The notes below the pieces were generated by a model, which had not been told where the DNA came from, searched no databases, and was given only the letters and a program-made list of their open reading frames with translations. This document shows, in pieces, positions 10,684 to 20,978 of a stretch of DNA of 64,000 nt. The first letter of the stretch is position 1; every line of letters starts with the position of its first letter. A program made the position numbers and the translations under genes. The stretch comes from a virus, in IMG/VR virus record IMGVR_UViG_3300008448_000009, positions 1-64,000 of that record, one strand, 5' to 3'.

Positions 10684-11823
10684 ATGTCAATAAGTACAGA
10701 AGAAAGAGAAAAACTATTTAGACAATTTAGACATTCAGTTGGTGCGCCTATCCGTAAGATTGAATTAGAAGATGAACAACTTTGTACACTTCTAGAAATT
10801 TCAATTGAAGACTACGCACAGTATGTACAAGAATGGCTTATAGAACACCAATGGCAATCATTGTTAGGTCAAAGTATTGACACTACAGATATGGCTTTTG
10901 CTTTGAGTGTTAGAAGTTTAGATTTAGCAACGCAATATACATACGCATATTCAAAACAAGTAGGTTTGCAAACTAGAGGTCCGTGGGAACTTAAAAAAGA
11001 TTATGTTTCAATAGAATCTGGGAGACAAGTTTATCAAATCCCAGCTGGTCGTGAAATCAACGAAGTTCTTTGGATAACACCACCAGCAACCAGCCAAGCT
11101 TTATTGGCCAACTATGGCGGTATTGATTATGGTTTTGGTGGTGGATTCTCACAAGTAGGTGGTGGTGTAGGTACTGGTGGCCCTAATGGTAGAATGGGTT
11201 ATTATATAGCACCAGCTTTTGACATATTGTTAACCGCTGCTGATATGAACCTTAAAAATCGTATCATTAGAAGTGAATTGGTTTATAAGATTACTGCGGG
11301 TCCAGCTGGGACTAAATTGTTGCATTTGATGAGTACGCCTGGTTCTAAATTATCATTTGGACAAGGTATTGGTGGTGTCGGTAGTTCAATCAACATGACT
11401 GGTTGTCAAGTTTGGTATCACTATTATGATACAACACCTGAAAACATTGACCAATGTCTTCAAGACAATCCAGATATTATTAAAATGCCAAACCAAGTTC
11501 CGTTGTCAAAATTAGATTATGCTGATTTTAACGAACCAACAAAAACTCTTATACGTCAGTTATTTATTGCTGAAGCTAAAAGAGCGTTAGGAAGAACAAG
11601 AGGTAAATTTGGTGGTATAGTAGGTCCACCTGAAGCTGAAAGAACAATGGATTATGAAACCCTTATCAGTGAAGGTAATGAAGAAAGAAAAGCTGTGTTG
11701 GAAAGACTAGATGCTAGATTACTTAGATTATCATCAACATCACAATTAGAGAGAGGTGCCAAAGAAGCAACTGATTTGAATACATCAATGAAATACAGAC
11801 CATTAGGGTTCTGGGTATATTAA
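10684..11823 (+). CDS. Putative neck/head-tail adaptor protein (T4 gp13-like)
   Basis: N-terminal GAPIRKIELEDEQL and C-terminal AEAKRALGRTRGKF resemble gp13-like neck proteins. Preceded by the late-promoter motif. Confidence 0.65.
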   Translation: MSISTEEREKLFRQFRHSVGAPIRKIELEDEQLCTLLEISIEDYAQYVQEWLIEHQWQSLLGQSIDTTDMAFALSVRSLDLATQYTYAYSKQVGLQTRGPWELKKDYVSIESGRQVYQIPAGREINEVLWITPPATSQALLANYGGIDYGFGGGFSQVGGGVGTGGPNGRMGYYIAPAFDILLTAADMNLKNRIIRSELVYKITAGPAGTKLLHLMSTPGSKLSFGQGIGGVGSSINMTGCQVWYHYYDTTPENIDQCLQDNPDIIKMPNQVPLSKLDYADFNEPTKTLIRQLFIAEAKRALGRTRGKFGGIVGPPEAERTMDYETLISEGNEERKAVLERLDARLLRLSSTSQLERGAKEATDLNTSMKYRPLGFWVY

Positions 11824-11853
11824 CAAATAACAATAAAAATAAAAATAACTAAA

Positions 11854-12162
11854 ATGGGATTAAAAATCACTAGCGAAATTCACACAAATAAAGGTGTAAC
11901 ATCTGAAATGTATTTAAACATTGAAAACATAATATTGAGTAAATTTAACAATAATCGTTCAATTATGGTTAACAAATATCTTAATAAAGATGCAAGAGAT
12001 GCTAATCATTTTGACAAATGTGAATCTTATGAGATTCCAAATGTGTTAAACTTAAATTTAGATATAAATGAATTATCATCAGTTTACGTATATGAATTAG
12101 CATACACTAAAATAAAAGAAGAGTTAGAATCTAAAGGTTTAACTGTAGAAGATTTAATATAA
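11854..12162 (+). CDS. Hypothetical protein
   Basis: 102-aa ORF followed by a terminator. Confidence 0.6.
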   Translation: MGLKITSEIHTNKGVTSEMYLNIENIILSKFNNNRSIMVNKYLNKDARDANHFDKCESYEIPNVLNLNLDINELSSVYVYELAYTKIKEELESKGLTVEDLI

Positions 12163-12192
12163 AAAAAGGGGCGTTAAGCCCCTTATTTATTT
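12161..12192. terminator. Bidirectional intrinsic terminator
   Basis: A-tract, AAGGGGC-gttaa-GCCCCTT, T-rich tail, located between convergent genes. Confidence 0.85.
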
Positions 12193-15100
12193 CTAAAATC
12201 CCCAATCTTCTTCTGGTTCTTCTTTTTGTAAATCAGCTTCTTTATCCATATCATTTACAATAGCTAATTCGTCAGCACTAACTTTTATTGGTTCACTAAT
12301 TACATAACCATCTGGCATCTCACCATATGTATCATCATATTCATCATCCAACAATAAATCTTCATCAGTTCTAATTAAGTTTCCGTCTTCATCTTCTTCC
12401 ATTTCTTCATCATCTTCTTCATTTTCAGAATATACACGTTTTTTCTTAACCTCTTTAACTTCGACCAATACTTCTTTGGCTTTTTCGTTAAATTTTTCAG
12501 CAATATCTTTAATATCTGGGGTTAAAAGTTCAACTTCATTTGAAAATGTTTCACCGCTAAGATGTTTATGTTCAGCTAAATAATCTAACCATAACTCATA
12601 TCTATCATCATCATTTTCCAAGGATTTTTCTTTGTAAAATAAATCTCTTTCAATGGCCTGTTTTCTATAGTCCATGATATCTTTAACTGGTCGTAAAGGT
12701 TCACCCCATTTTCTAGAACAAAACGTTTCAGTTTCTTCATCAATATTACAAATAACCAACACATCAATAGGTATCAAACCATCTTTAAGTAATCTTTCAT
12801 AATCATAAGCTTCTAAGTGTTTAAAAGCATGCTCTAACCTTTCTTTTTCATCTTTTAAACCTTCTTCTTTAGCAATACGCATTCTCTCGTGGTAATCACT
12901 TTTAAGTACATCCCATTCTTCTTGTGTCATATTGTTCGGCAATTTATCAACTCTTTCCCAGAATTTAATTTCTTTGTCTTCCATAATCATAAGGTCTTTG
13001 TAAGAGTCTTGGTCAGTTTCCTTAAATGGTTTACCAGAAACTAAACCACATTGAGATTTTGTAAACACCATTCTGTCTTTTAATTTCTCGTATGTTTTTT
13101 TGGTTTCTTTATCTTTAACCTTAACAATATCTAAAAGAATGTTGTGGCGAATCTCAGGGTCAAAACAAACCAACAATGGTCTTACTTTCTTGTTAAACGC
13201 ATCCAAATAACGAGCAACGTTGTATTCATCAGTAAACAATTCTTCTTCGATTTGAGATATTCTTTCTTCCATGTCAGCAATGTTTGCATCACCTTCTTCT
13301 AAAGAAGCTATAGCTTTTTTAAGCATTTCTAATTCTTTAACAGCTTCAAAATCACGCTCAACAGTTGCTGGGTCAATAAGCTTACAATTTAATTGAACTT
13401 CTTTAGTTACTTCAGGTGGTATTCTGTCAGTACCGTTATTAGCATACCATTTTTCAAGTTGTTTATCCGTCATTTTGTTATGATAAATCGTTTTCAAATC
13501 ACCTTGAGATTTAGAAGTACCAGTGTTTATGTAATACAATACATCACCCAAATTCAAATCTAATCCTTCTCTCATCGCTAATTCCATATGCGCTTGTTTT
13601 GGCATAGGGTTACCAGCTTTGTTCTTCATGGTAGCTTTTTTCTTGTACTCTGGCATAGATAATTTAACTTTAGCTTTTGACGCAATTTTAACCAATGGGA
13701 TTTGATAATTATAAATCTTATCAACATACTCATAATAATAATTAATAAATGAATAACCATCACCATCCAATAACATACGAATCGCTTTACCCAAGAAATC
13801 TTCGATATAAACGGACATCTTTTTAGATTTAACAGAGTTACCCACAAGTTTGATTTTACCACCTATATCGTTCGCGTAGTTCTTTCTAGCAAAGTTAATT
13901 GTAGAACTACACACATCATCTAAATCTAACCCCATACGACCTTCCATGTATGTTTCGTTAAACTCAGCCAAAACAGCATCAATACCAACCAACTCTTTAC
14001 CACCATCATCACTAGTTTTCCAGTGACTACCTTTAGCTACATACTTGATATCGTTTAGGTTTTCTGGAGCTGCGAAGTTGAAACCATCTGTATCACCTAC
14101 TAGCGCGCGGAAACCATGTTTTTCAGTAAAGTGTCTAACCATAAGACGTAAGTATTGACGGCCACGACATGTTGTTTCTTCGGCCGAGTCAGTATCACCC
14201 CAATTAAAGATATATGGCGCACCATACGAACCAAACCATGAGTTAGCAAGTATTTTAAGTGGTAACTGTTTTTTATCATATAAACTAGCTAACGATTTGT
14301 GTTCTGCTATTTGTTTTTTAAGAGCTTCTATTTCAGCTGTAGACATGTTGTCTTTATTTGCGTCTAATTGCTCTTGTAACTTTTTAGCTTTTTTCTTTTC
14401 AATACCAGTTTTGAATTTGAATTCATCACGACTATCAACAACGTAGGTAAGCATTCCAGCCATTACACCACTAATATCCAAATCTGGGAAGATTCCATGT
14501 GTTAACTGTGTTTTAGGATATAATGCAGCGTAATCTAATTTGTAAACATTTTTAGCAAAACCTACTTCTAATAAACGTGACAAACCACCAGTAAAATCTC
14601 TTTTGGTTTGTGTTTCTGGGATAGCTAAACCGTTTTCGTAAGACCATGCCGCCATGATAAGTTTCCACTGACCAGCGGTACCCATCGTGGATGAACGTTG
14701 GAATGTAGTTGGTAACATTTTTGCAATAAGGAAACTGGCTTGGTTATAGATATAATCAATTTGCTCAGTTTCCCAAAGGTCATCACATAAATAACGTTGA
14801 ACAATATATGCACCACTTTTAATTGTGTAACCTTCTTTCAACGGATTTTTAGTTGTTATTTTATACCAATCACCATTATCGTTGTTAAATGCGTATTTGT
14901 TTTTTTTGTCGGACCATGTTGAGTTGATTTTATCACCTGGGACGTATACACGGTTAGGTTTTGCAATTTCAGAATATTGTGTAATGTACTTCAAACCCCA
15001 AGATTTAATTTCAGAGTTAATAGCCATAGCTCTACGAACAGCGTGTGATATATCGATAATACTATACCCATACATACTTGTTTGTAAGTAATGTTCTGTT

Positions 15101-15954
15101 TCACCACCCAACTTAAGTGTTGCTGGTTTTCTTTTGATTTTAGAAATTCTATTAAGTGTTATTGCTAATTCGGTTATTGGTACACCTAAACGTTCAGCGC
15201 GCTCAAATAAATAAGGCCAGTCAAAGTTTTCAGAGTTATAACCAGTAATTATATCTGGTTTAACCATATCAATAATCTTAAAAAATTTTGATATATTTTC
15301 TCTTTCGCTTTTTCTTCTTTCTTGTGCGGTTTCACCAAGAGTTTCCATAACACCTTCTAACCCTTTGTTGTCACGAACACCGATTTGGAAGATTGCATTC
15401 TTACTAGCGAATAAACCTTCCGTCTCCAAGTCAAATTGAAATCTATGGACATCATCGTAATCGTCCATACCTCTAAATAATCGTTTACCACTTTGTATTA
15501 GGAATTGTTCAGTTGGACTGAACATAACAAAACTCTTCATGTAGTCTTTGTGGAATACATCAATACCACCTTCTTTGAAGAATTGAATAAGTGAATTATA
15601 GGACCTATCACACGTTGCCATGTATTTGTATCCATAAGCTAAACGGTCAGGTGAAACACCTTCATCGTTCCAAGTTCTAAGTGTTTTTATTTTAACACCG
15701 TATTGTCTTCCAGCTTCAATACGTTTTAGTTTTTTACCACCATAAAGTTCTTTGGTGATATCTTCTTTAAACCACAAGAATGGTTTATAAGGACAATCCT
15801 CTAATCTTTTTTCACAATCTGGTTCGTTGATAACCAACGTTACTGATGGTTTATCATAACTAGATTCTACTGCTACTATGTATTCTTGAGGGTCACTACC
15901 TTGCAAAAACGATTCAATTATTTCGTTACTTACTTTTGTGTTTGTTTGACTCAT
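12193..15954 (-). CDS. polB: Family B DNA polymerase with a 3'-5' exonuclease domain and an acidic C-terminal extension
   Basis: ExoI FDLETEG, ExoII GYNSENFDWPY, ExoIII YLCDD. Polymerase motifs LDYAALYP, KILANSWFG, VGDTDG and RKNYA. Confidence 0.93.
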   Translation of the reverse strand: MSQTNTKVSNEIIESFLQGSDPQEYIVAVESSYDKPSVTLVINEPDCEKRLEDCPYKPFLWFKEDITKELYGGKKLKRIEAGRQYGVKIKTLRTWNDEGVSPDRLAYGYKYMATCDRSYNSLIQFFKEGGIDVFHKDYMKSFVMFSPTEQFLIQSGKRLFRGMDDYDDVHRFQFDLETEGLFASKNAIFQIGVRDNKGLEGVMETLGETAQERRKSERENISKFFKIIDMVKPDIITGYNSENFDWPYLFERAERLGVPITELAITLNRISKIKRKPATLKLGGETEHYLQTSMYGYSIIDISHAVRRAMAINSEIKSWGLKYITQYSEIAKPNRVYVPGDKINSTWSDKKNKYAFNNDNGDWYKITTKNPLKEGYTIKSGAYIVQRYLCDDLWETEQIDYIYNQASFLIAKMLPTTFQRSSTMGTAGQWKLIMAAWSYENGLAIPETQTKRDFTGGLSRLLEVGFAKNVYKLDYAALYPKTQLTHGIFPDLDISGVMAGMLTYVVDSRDEFKFKTGIEKKKAKKLQEQLDANKDNMSTAEIEALKKQIAEHKSLASLYDKKQLPLKILANSWFGSYGAPYIFNWGDTDSAEETTCRGRQYLRLMVRHFTEKHGFRALVGDTDGFNFAAPENLNDIKYVAKGSHWKTSDDGGKELVGIDAVLAEFNETYMEGRMGLDLDDVCSSTINFARKNYANDIGGKIKLVGNSVKSKKMSVYIEDFLGKAIRMLLDGDGYSFINYYYEYVDKIYNYQIPLVKIASKAKVKLSMPEYKKKATMKNKAGNPMPKQAHMELAMREGLDLNLGDVLYYINTGTSKSQGDLKTIYHNKMTDKQLEKWYANNGTDRIPPEVTKEVQLNCKLIDPATVERDFEAVKELEMLKKAIASLEEGDANIADMEERISQIEEELFTDEYNVARYLDAFNKKVRPLLVCFDPEIRHNILLDIVKVKDKETKKTYEKLKDRMVFTKSQCGLVSGKPFKETDQDSYKDLMIMEDKEIKFWERVDKLPNNMTQEEWDVLKSDYHERMRIAKEEGLKDEKERLEHAFKHLEAYDYERLLKDGLIPIDVLVICNIDEETETFCSRKWGEPLRPVKDIMDYRKQAIERDLFYKEKSLENDDDRYELWLDYLAEHKHLSGETFSNEVELLTPDIKDIAEKFNEKAKEVLVEVKEVKKKRVYSENEEDDEEMEEDEDGNLIRTDEDLLLDDEYDDTYGEMPDGYVISEPIKVSADELAIVNDMDKEADLQKEEPEEDWGF

Positions 15955-15971
15955 GTTAAATATATTTTATG

Positions 15972-16070
15972 CAAATATACTAAACAATTTTGGTTTTTAC
16001 AAGGTTTTGACCTATAAATATTTTTAACTTTGTAACGTACAAAGTTACTATTTTTTTTCTAATTATGCAA
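15972..16070 (-). promoter_or_regulatory. Two tandem host-type promoters for the polymerase, plus a perfect 10-bp inverted repeat
   Basis: On the minus strand: TTGTAA-17-TATATTTG (16002..15972) and TTGCAT-17-TAACTTTG (16070..16040). Inverted repeat TAACTTTGTA-acg-TACAAAGTTA at 16025..16047. Confidence 0.6.
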
Positions 16071-16080
16071 TATTTAATAG

Positions 16081-16452
16081 TTATTTTTTTATTGTCCCAT
16101 CCAACACATTGATAAATAGTTCTTCTCTAATTGGTACTATAAGTGTTCCACTACCATCTAAAAATATAATTTCAAATTGCCCTACAAATCTACCAGCAAC
16201 GCTAGTTTCTCTTTCAGTAAATTGGTATACCAAATAGAATTCTGGACCAACACAATCCTCTGGTTCTACTTGTTCTATACCAGCAACTTTTTTAGCTATT
16301 TTTTTAACACCAGTAATAACGTCAGACATTGTAAAATAAATGTTAGCGTTTTGTATTTTTTCATGAAATTTGTTAAAATCATTACGGCCGTCCTGTATCA
16401 ATTCTAATTTCAAAACAGGTAAAGTTGAGTTTTTATTTATTGAGAATTCCAT
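16081..16452 (-). CDS. Small Ig-like/BppU-like structural protein (putative)
   Basis: YQFTERETSVAGRFVGQFEIIF...GTLIVP pattern resembles BppU N-terminal-like domains. Confidence 0.45.
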   Translation of the reverse strand: MEFSINKNSTLPVLKLELIQDGRNDFNKFHEKIQNANIYFTMSDVITGVKKIAKKVAGIEQVEPEDCVGPEFYLVYQFTERETSVAGRFVGQFEIIFLDGSGTLIVPIREELFINVLDGTIKK

Positions 16453-16483
16453 TCTATCTATTTGCTTTATTTAATATTATCTT

Positions 16484-19400
16484 TTATATCGTTAATGGTT
16501 TCCAACCAGTTATCAAACCTGTCCAACCAAAGAAATTTTTATTTACCGAATCATAAACAATAGTCCCTTCACCACCTGAAGGAACTGGTGATGTTGCACC
16601 ACTAGTTAACGAGGTATATGTCGACCCAACTTTAATCGCACCGTTAACATCTAAAGTTTCCAAAGGTGTTGTTGTGCCAATACCAATATTACCTGTAAAC
16701 GTTGTTCCAGAAGTCAAACCACTTATAGGTTTAGATATTAATCTACCACTTGAATTTGTAGATAGATAATTACTTGTAGTTCCAGTGTCAACTCTAGAAG
16801 TAGGGTAACTTAAAAACTCAACATAATCAGTACCAATATTAAACTTAGCTACAGGGTTAAAATAACTATCTCTAAATGAAAATAATAAAGCACTTGTCGC
16901 ACCAAAACCATTATAACCAGCATCTTTAGTTGCGGAAAAATTTAATTGAGCTTGTGTGGTTGAACTTCCAGAATAACTACCAATAATTATATTTGGACCA
17001 GTTGTCCCATTAGCTGTATTAGAAAATAAAGTTAAATATGAAGCGACATTTGTCCCATTACCAATATGACCAGTACTCAAACCTAAACCAACACCAACAC
17101 TAGGTGCGGTGCTAAAATACGCTGTGTTACCTGTAACACCTATAGCGTCACCTCGATAAATACCACCTGTTGTACCCGTAACTATTCCATTACCAGATAA
17201 ATACCTAAATATATTATATGATGTTGTACCACTAACAATATTACCATTTATATCTATACCTAAATTTCTAATCGAAGTAGTGGTATCTAAGGTTTTAATA
17301 TTAAACTTATCAACATAGGTTGTGTTAGCAGCATTACCATTTATGTTATCACCTAATACAATTGTGCTTTCAGTAAACGCTGTTGAGAAATTACCATGAA
17401 CAAATGAATAATCTCCAAATGCAACAGAAGAATTACCACCAACATGACTATCTCTTCCTCTAGCGGTATTATACTCACCTTCAGCGTGACTTGCTAAACC
17501 AATAGCTACATTACTAGCACCTTCAGCATGTGAATAATCACCAAAAGCTCTTGTTCCAGCACCTTCAGCATGACTCGTATAACCAGTAGCGCGTGTATTA
17601 AAACCTTCAGCATGACTATAATTACCAATAGCTGTTGTTTCACTACCTTCAGCATGACTACCATTACCAATAGCTTGTGTATTAGCACCTTCAGCATGAC
17701 TAAATTGTCCAATAGCTGTTGTTAAAGACCCTTCAGAATGACTTGATTGCCCAGATGCTGTTGTAAGATTACCTTCAGCATGACTATTGAGTCCATAAGC
17801 TATACTGTATTGACCCTCAGCGTGACTTGAGTACGCAAAAGCTGTTGTTCCAATACCTTCAGCATGACTTACAATTCCAATAGCTGTTGTTTGTTGTCCT
17901 TCAGCGTGACTTCCAAATCCTTGAGCTATAGTGGCAAGACCTTCAGCATGACTATAATCACCACTTGCCGTTGTACTAGCACCTTCAGAGTGACTAGTAG
18001 TACCACTAGCTATTGTTTGCTGACCCTCAGCATGGCTGTATAAACCACTAGCAGTTGTAATATAACCTTCAGCATGTGAACAATCATTACTGGCTATTGC
18101 ATAAACACCTTCAGCGTGACTATAACTACCACTAGCAGTTGTACTACCACCTTCAGCGTGACTGTAATTACCAATTGCTATTGTGTTAACACCCTCAGAG
18201 TGACTTACTCCACCAATAGCTCTTGAATAATAACCTTCAGCATGGCTAGATTGACCACTTGCTGTTGTACCTTCACCTTCAGCGTGACTGTAATTTCCAA
18301 TAGCTTTTGTAAAATAACCTTCAGCATGACTGGAAGAACCAGATGCTGTTGTACTACTACCTTCAGCATGACTACTAACATTACTAGCGATGGTGCTAGA
18401 ACCTTCAGTATGACTATAATTACCACTAGCCGTTGTTACATAACCCTCAGCATGTGAACCATAACCAATAGCTTTTGTTCCAGCACCTTCAGAGTGACTT
18501 GACTCACCACTAGCTGTTGTTTGATAACCTTCAGCATGACTTGAATCACCACTAGCTGTTGTAAGATAACCTTCAGAGTGACTACCATAATCACCAAACG
18601 CTGTTGTAACATGACCTTCAGCGTGACTGGCACTACCACTTGCAGTAGTATAATATCCTTCAGCGTGTGCCGATGTTTCATAAAAACCTTCATATTGATA
18701 TGTTATACCGCTAATTGATGTATAACTATCATCCAACAATTCATAATTAGGGATATATGTGCTATCAGTACCTGAATCATAATAAACACTAGAAACTTCC
18801 CATGGGTTAAAATCAAAATTAGCACCTATACCATCATACAACACAAAAGCAAAATTATTGTTAATAATATAATCAGACCATTCTGTACTTACATCACCAG
18901 CAAACACGACAGCATAATAACCGTCAACAGGGTCTGAAGTTGTAATTGTACAAGCGCTAGTTACAATTGTTTCTATAGGTGTTACTAAATCACCATAAAA
19001 TAATTGAGAATGTGCTGTTGTGTTATTACCCTCAGCATGATTTGAAAACCCTAAAGCTAGTGTTCTAGAACCTTCAGCATGACTATTATCACCACTTGCT
19101 GTTGTTTGATAACCTTCTGCATGGCTAGCATCACCACTAGCATGCGTGCTTTGACCCTCAGCGTGACTACTTGAACCACTAGCTGTTGTTGTATTACCTT
19201 CAGCATGGCTAGCTCCACCAATAGCTGTTGTTACTAACCCTTCCGCATGACTACCAATACCTAAAGCAGTACCACCTTTAACAAAAGATAAACTAGAACC
19301 ACCTTCTGCGTGAGCACCATAATTACCAGCTATTGTTAGAAAACCTTCAGCGTGACTAGAAACACCACTTGCTGTTGTTAAATAACCTTCAGCATGACTA

Positions 19401-20893
19401 TAGTTACCACTTGCTGTAGTTTGTTGACCTTCAGAATGGCTACCAAAACCACTAGATGTAGTTTGTTGACCTTCAGCATGACTGCCAAGATTTAAAGCTA
19501 TACTATTTGTCCCTTCGGCATGTGACCACCAACCACTTGCTGTTGTATAATAACCTTCAGCGTGTGTATAAAAACTATTAGAAACAGTACCCCAACCTTC
19601 AGCATGTGAATAGTTACCACTTGATGTTGTTTCTCGACCTTCAGCATGACAACCAACACCATTAGCTATTGTTAAGTGACCTTCAGCGTGACTATATTCA
19701 CCACTAGCTGTTGTTTGATAACCTTCAGCGTGTGATGCATCATTTAAAGATTTAGTTTCCCAACCTTCAGAATGTGAACCTCTATTACCACTAGCTGTTG
19801 AAAAATAACCTTCAGCATGTGAATATTGACCACTAGCTGTTGTTGTTCCACCTTCAGCATGACTTCCAAGGTTTAAAGATTTTGTCCCAATACCTTCAGC
19901 GTGTGCAGAATTACCTGATGCTGTTGTTCCAATACCTTCAGCGTGAGCAGCATTACCAAATGCTTTTGCAGAAGAACCTTCAGCATGACTACTAGAACCA
20001 GATGCTGTTGTATTATAACCTTCAGCGTGAGAACCAAAATCACCACTGGCTGTTGTGTAAATACCTTCAACGTGACTATGAAAACCTGACGCTGTTGTAA
20101 AATAACCTTCAGCGTGTGAATTATCACCTATTGCTCTAGTACCATTACCTTCAGCAAAACTAGAATTACCTGATGCCAGTGTATTATTACCAGACGCAAC
20201 AGAATAATTTCCAGTAGAGTCTAGTCCCGTTGAATTAATTGCTTTTATTGATTTGGTACCAGTTGAACCACTAGTCCACATATTAGTTATACTACTAGTT
20301 AAATTAACACCATTCGAATTGTTTATAGTCATAGTATCTACTCCGTTTGAAGTAAAACCAGTAACACTAACATCGGTATAACCAGTCAAGAAACCAGTAA
20401 CGTTAAATGTACCACCACTATTATTTGTAAATGTACCAACACCTGTAGCTGGGTTGTATGTACCACCAGTAACTCTAAGGTCACCAGCAAGTATCCCTAG
20501 ACTTTGTGTAAAACCAACACCATCATTTCTATTAACTGTTAAATCGTATGTTCCTTGGTTAAAAGTCAAACCACTCACATAAACGTCGTCTGCCGAAGTA
20601 AAAAACCCATTAATACTTACGGTACCACCATTAACATTATTTAACGTTACAACACCTGTAGATGGGTTGTATGTACCACCAGTTACCCCAGCACCAACAC
20701 CGTTAAGTGAAACATCTATGGTTTCACCATTGATTTTGGTTAGTGTTAGTAAACTATCTACAGTAGATGCTGTATATATTAACTCACCTTTTAATTGAAT
20801 GAAATTATTGTCAAGTTCTTGATGTGATAAAACACTACCTTTGGTTGTATCTGAATATGGACTGCTAAGAGTTCTAAGTATTAAATTAATCAT
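16484..20893 (-). CDS. Giant tail fibre/adhesin with ~14-aa SHAEG (YadA-head-like) repeats
   Basis: Dozens of SHAEGxxTxASG repeats. N-terminal KGSVLSHQELDNNF anchor-type motif. C-terminal GNIGIGTTTPLETLDVNG. Confidence 0.85.
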   Translation of the reverse strand: MINLILRTLSSPYSDTTKGSVLSHQELDNNFIQLKGELIYTASTVDSLLTLTKINGETIDVSLNGVGAGVTGGTYNPSTGVVTLNNVNGGTVSINGFFTSADDVYVSGLTFNQGTYDLTVNRNDGVGFTQSLGILAGDLRVTGGTYNPATGVGTFTNNSGGTFNVTGFLTGYTDVSVTGFTSNGVDTMTINNSNGVNLTSSITNMWTSGSTGTKSIKAINSTGLDSTGNYSVASGNNTLASGNSSFAEGNGTRAIGDNSHAEGYFTTASGFHSHVEGIYTTASGDFGSHAEGYNTTASGSSSHAEGSSAKAFGNAAHAEGIGTTASGNSAHAEGIGTKSLNLGSHAEGGTTTASGQYSHAEGYFSTASGNRGSHSEGWETKSLNDASHAEGYQTTASGEYSHAEGHLTIANGVGCHAEGRETTSSGNYSHAEGWGTVSNSFYTHAEGYYTTASGWWSHAEGTNSIALNLGSHAEGQQTTSSGFGSHSEGQQTTASGNYSHAEGYLTTASGVSSHAEGFLTIAGNYGAHAEGGSSLSFVKGGTALGIGSHAEGLVTTAIGGASHAEGNTTTASGSSSHAEGQSTHASGDASHAEGYQTTASGDNSHAEGSRTLALGFSNHAEGNNTTAHSQLFYGDLVTPIETIVTSACTITTSDPVDGYYAVVFAGDVSTEWSDYIINNNFAFVLYDGIGANFDFNPWEVSSVYYDSGTDSTYIPNYELLDDSYTSISGITYQYEGFYETSAHAEGYYTTASGSASHAEGHVTTAFGDYGSHSEGYLTTASGDSSHAEGYQTTASGESSHSEGAGTKAIGYGSHAEGYVTTASGNYSHTEGSSTIASNVSSHAEGSSTTASGSSSHAEGYFTKAIGNYSHAEGEGTTASGQSSHAEGYYSRAIGGVSHSEGVNTIAIGNYSHAEGGSTTASGSYSHAEGVYAIASNDCSHAEGYITTASGLYSHAEGQQTIASGTTSHSEGASTTASGDYSHAEGLATIAQGFGSHAEGQQTTAIGIVSHAEGIGTTAFAYSSHAEGQYSIAYGLNSHAEGNLTTASGQSSHSEGSLTTAIGQFSHAEGANTQAIGNGSHAEGSETTAIGNYSHAEGFNTRATGYTSHAEGAGTRAFGDYSHAEGASNVAIGLASHAEGEYNTARGRDSHVGGNSSVAFGDYSFVHGNFSTAFTESTIVLGDNINGNAANTTYVDKFNIKTLDTTTSIRNLGIDINGNIVSGTTSYNIFRYLSGNGIVTGTTGGIYRGDAIGVTGNTAYFSTAPSVGVGLGLSTGHIGNGTNVASYLTLFSNTANGTTGPNIIIGSYSGSSTTQAQLNFSATKDAGYNGFGATSALLFSFRDSYFNPVAKFNIGTDYVEFLSYPTSRVDTGTTSNYLSTNSSGRLISKPISGLTSGTTFTGNIGIGTTTPLETLDVNGAIKVGSTYTSLTSGATSPVPSGGEGTIVYDSVNKNFFGWTGLITGWKPLTI
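17336..17659. repeat. ~324-bp block nearly identical to 29329..29652
   Basis: Direct visual alignment: colinear, with mostly synonymous mismatches. Confidence 0.85.
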
Positions 20894-20978
20894 AGATTGT
20901 TTTTTTTATTATAAATATAACAAAACTAACAAATATTAGATTAATTTAATACTTTTGTTTTAGTAAACCGTATTACAA

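Noticed and set aside
12193-15954. Intein or intron in the large polymerase
   Set aside because: No LAGLIDADG or intein terminal motifs were recognised. The extra length is mainly C-terminal and the ORF is continuous.
17480-20160. CRISPR-like array (recurring accttcagcatg every ~42 bp)
   Set aside because: The periodicity is the codon pattern of in-frame SHAEG protein repeats. The units are degenerate and no cas genes are present.
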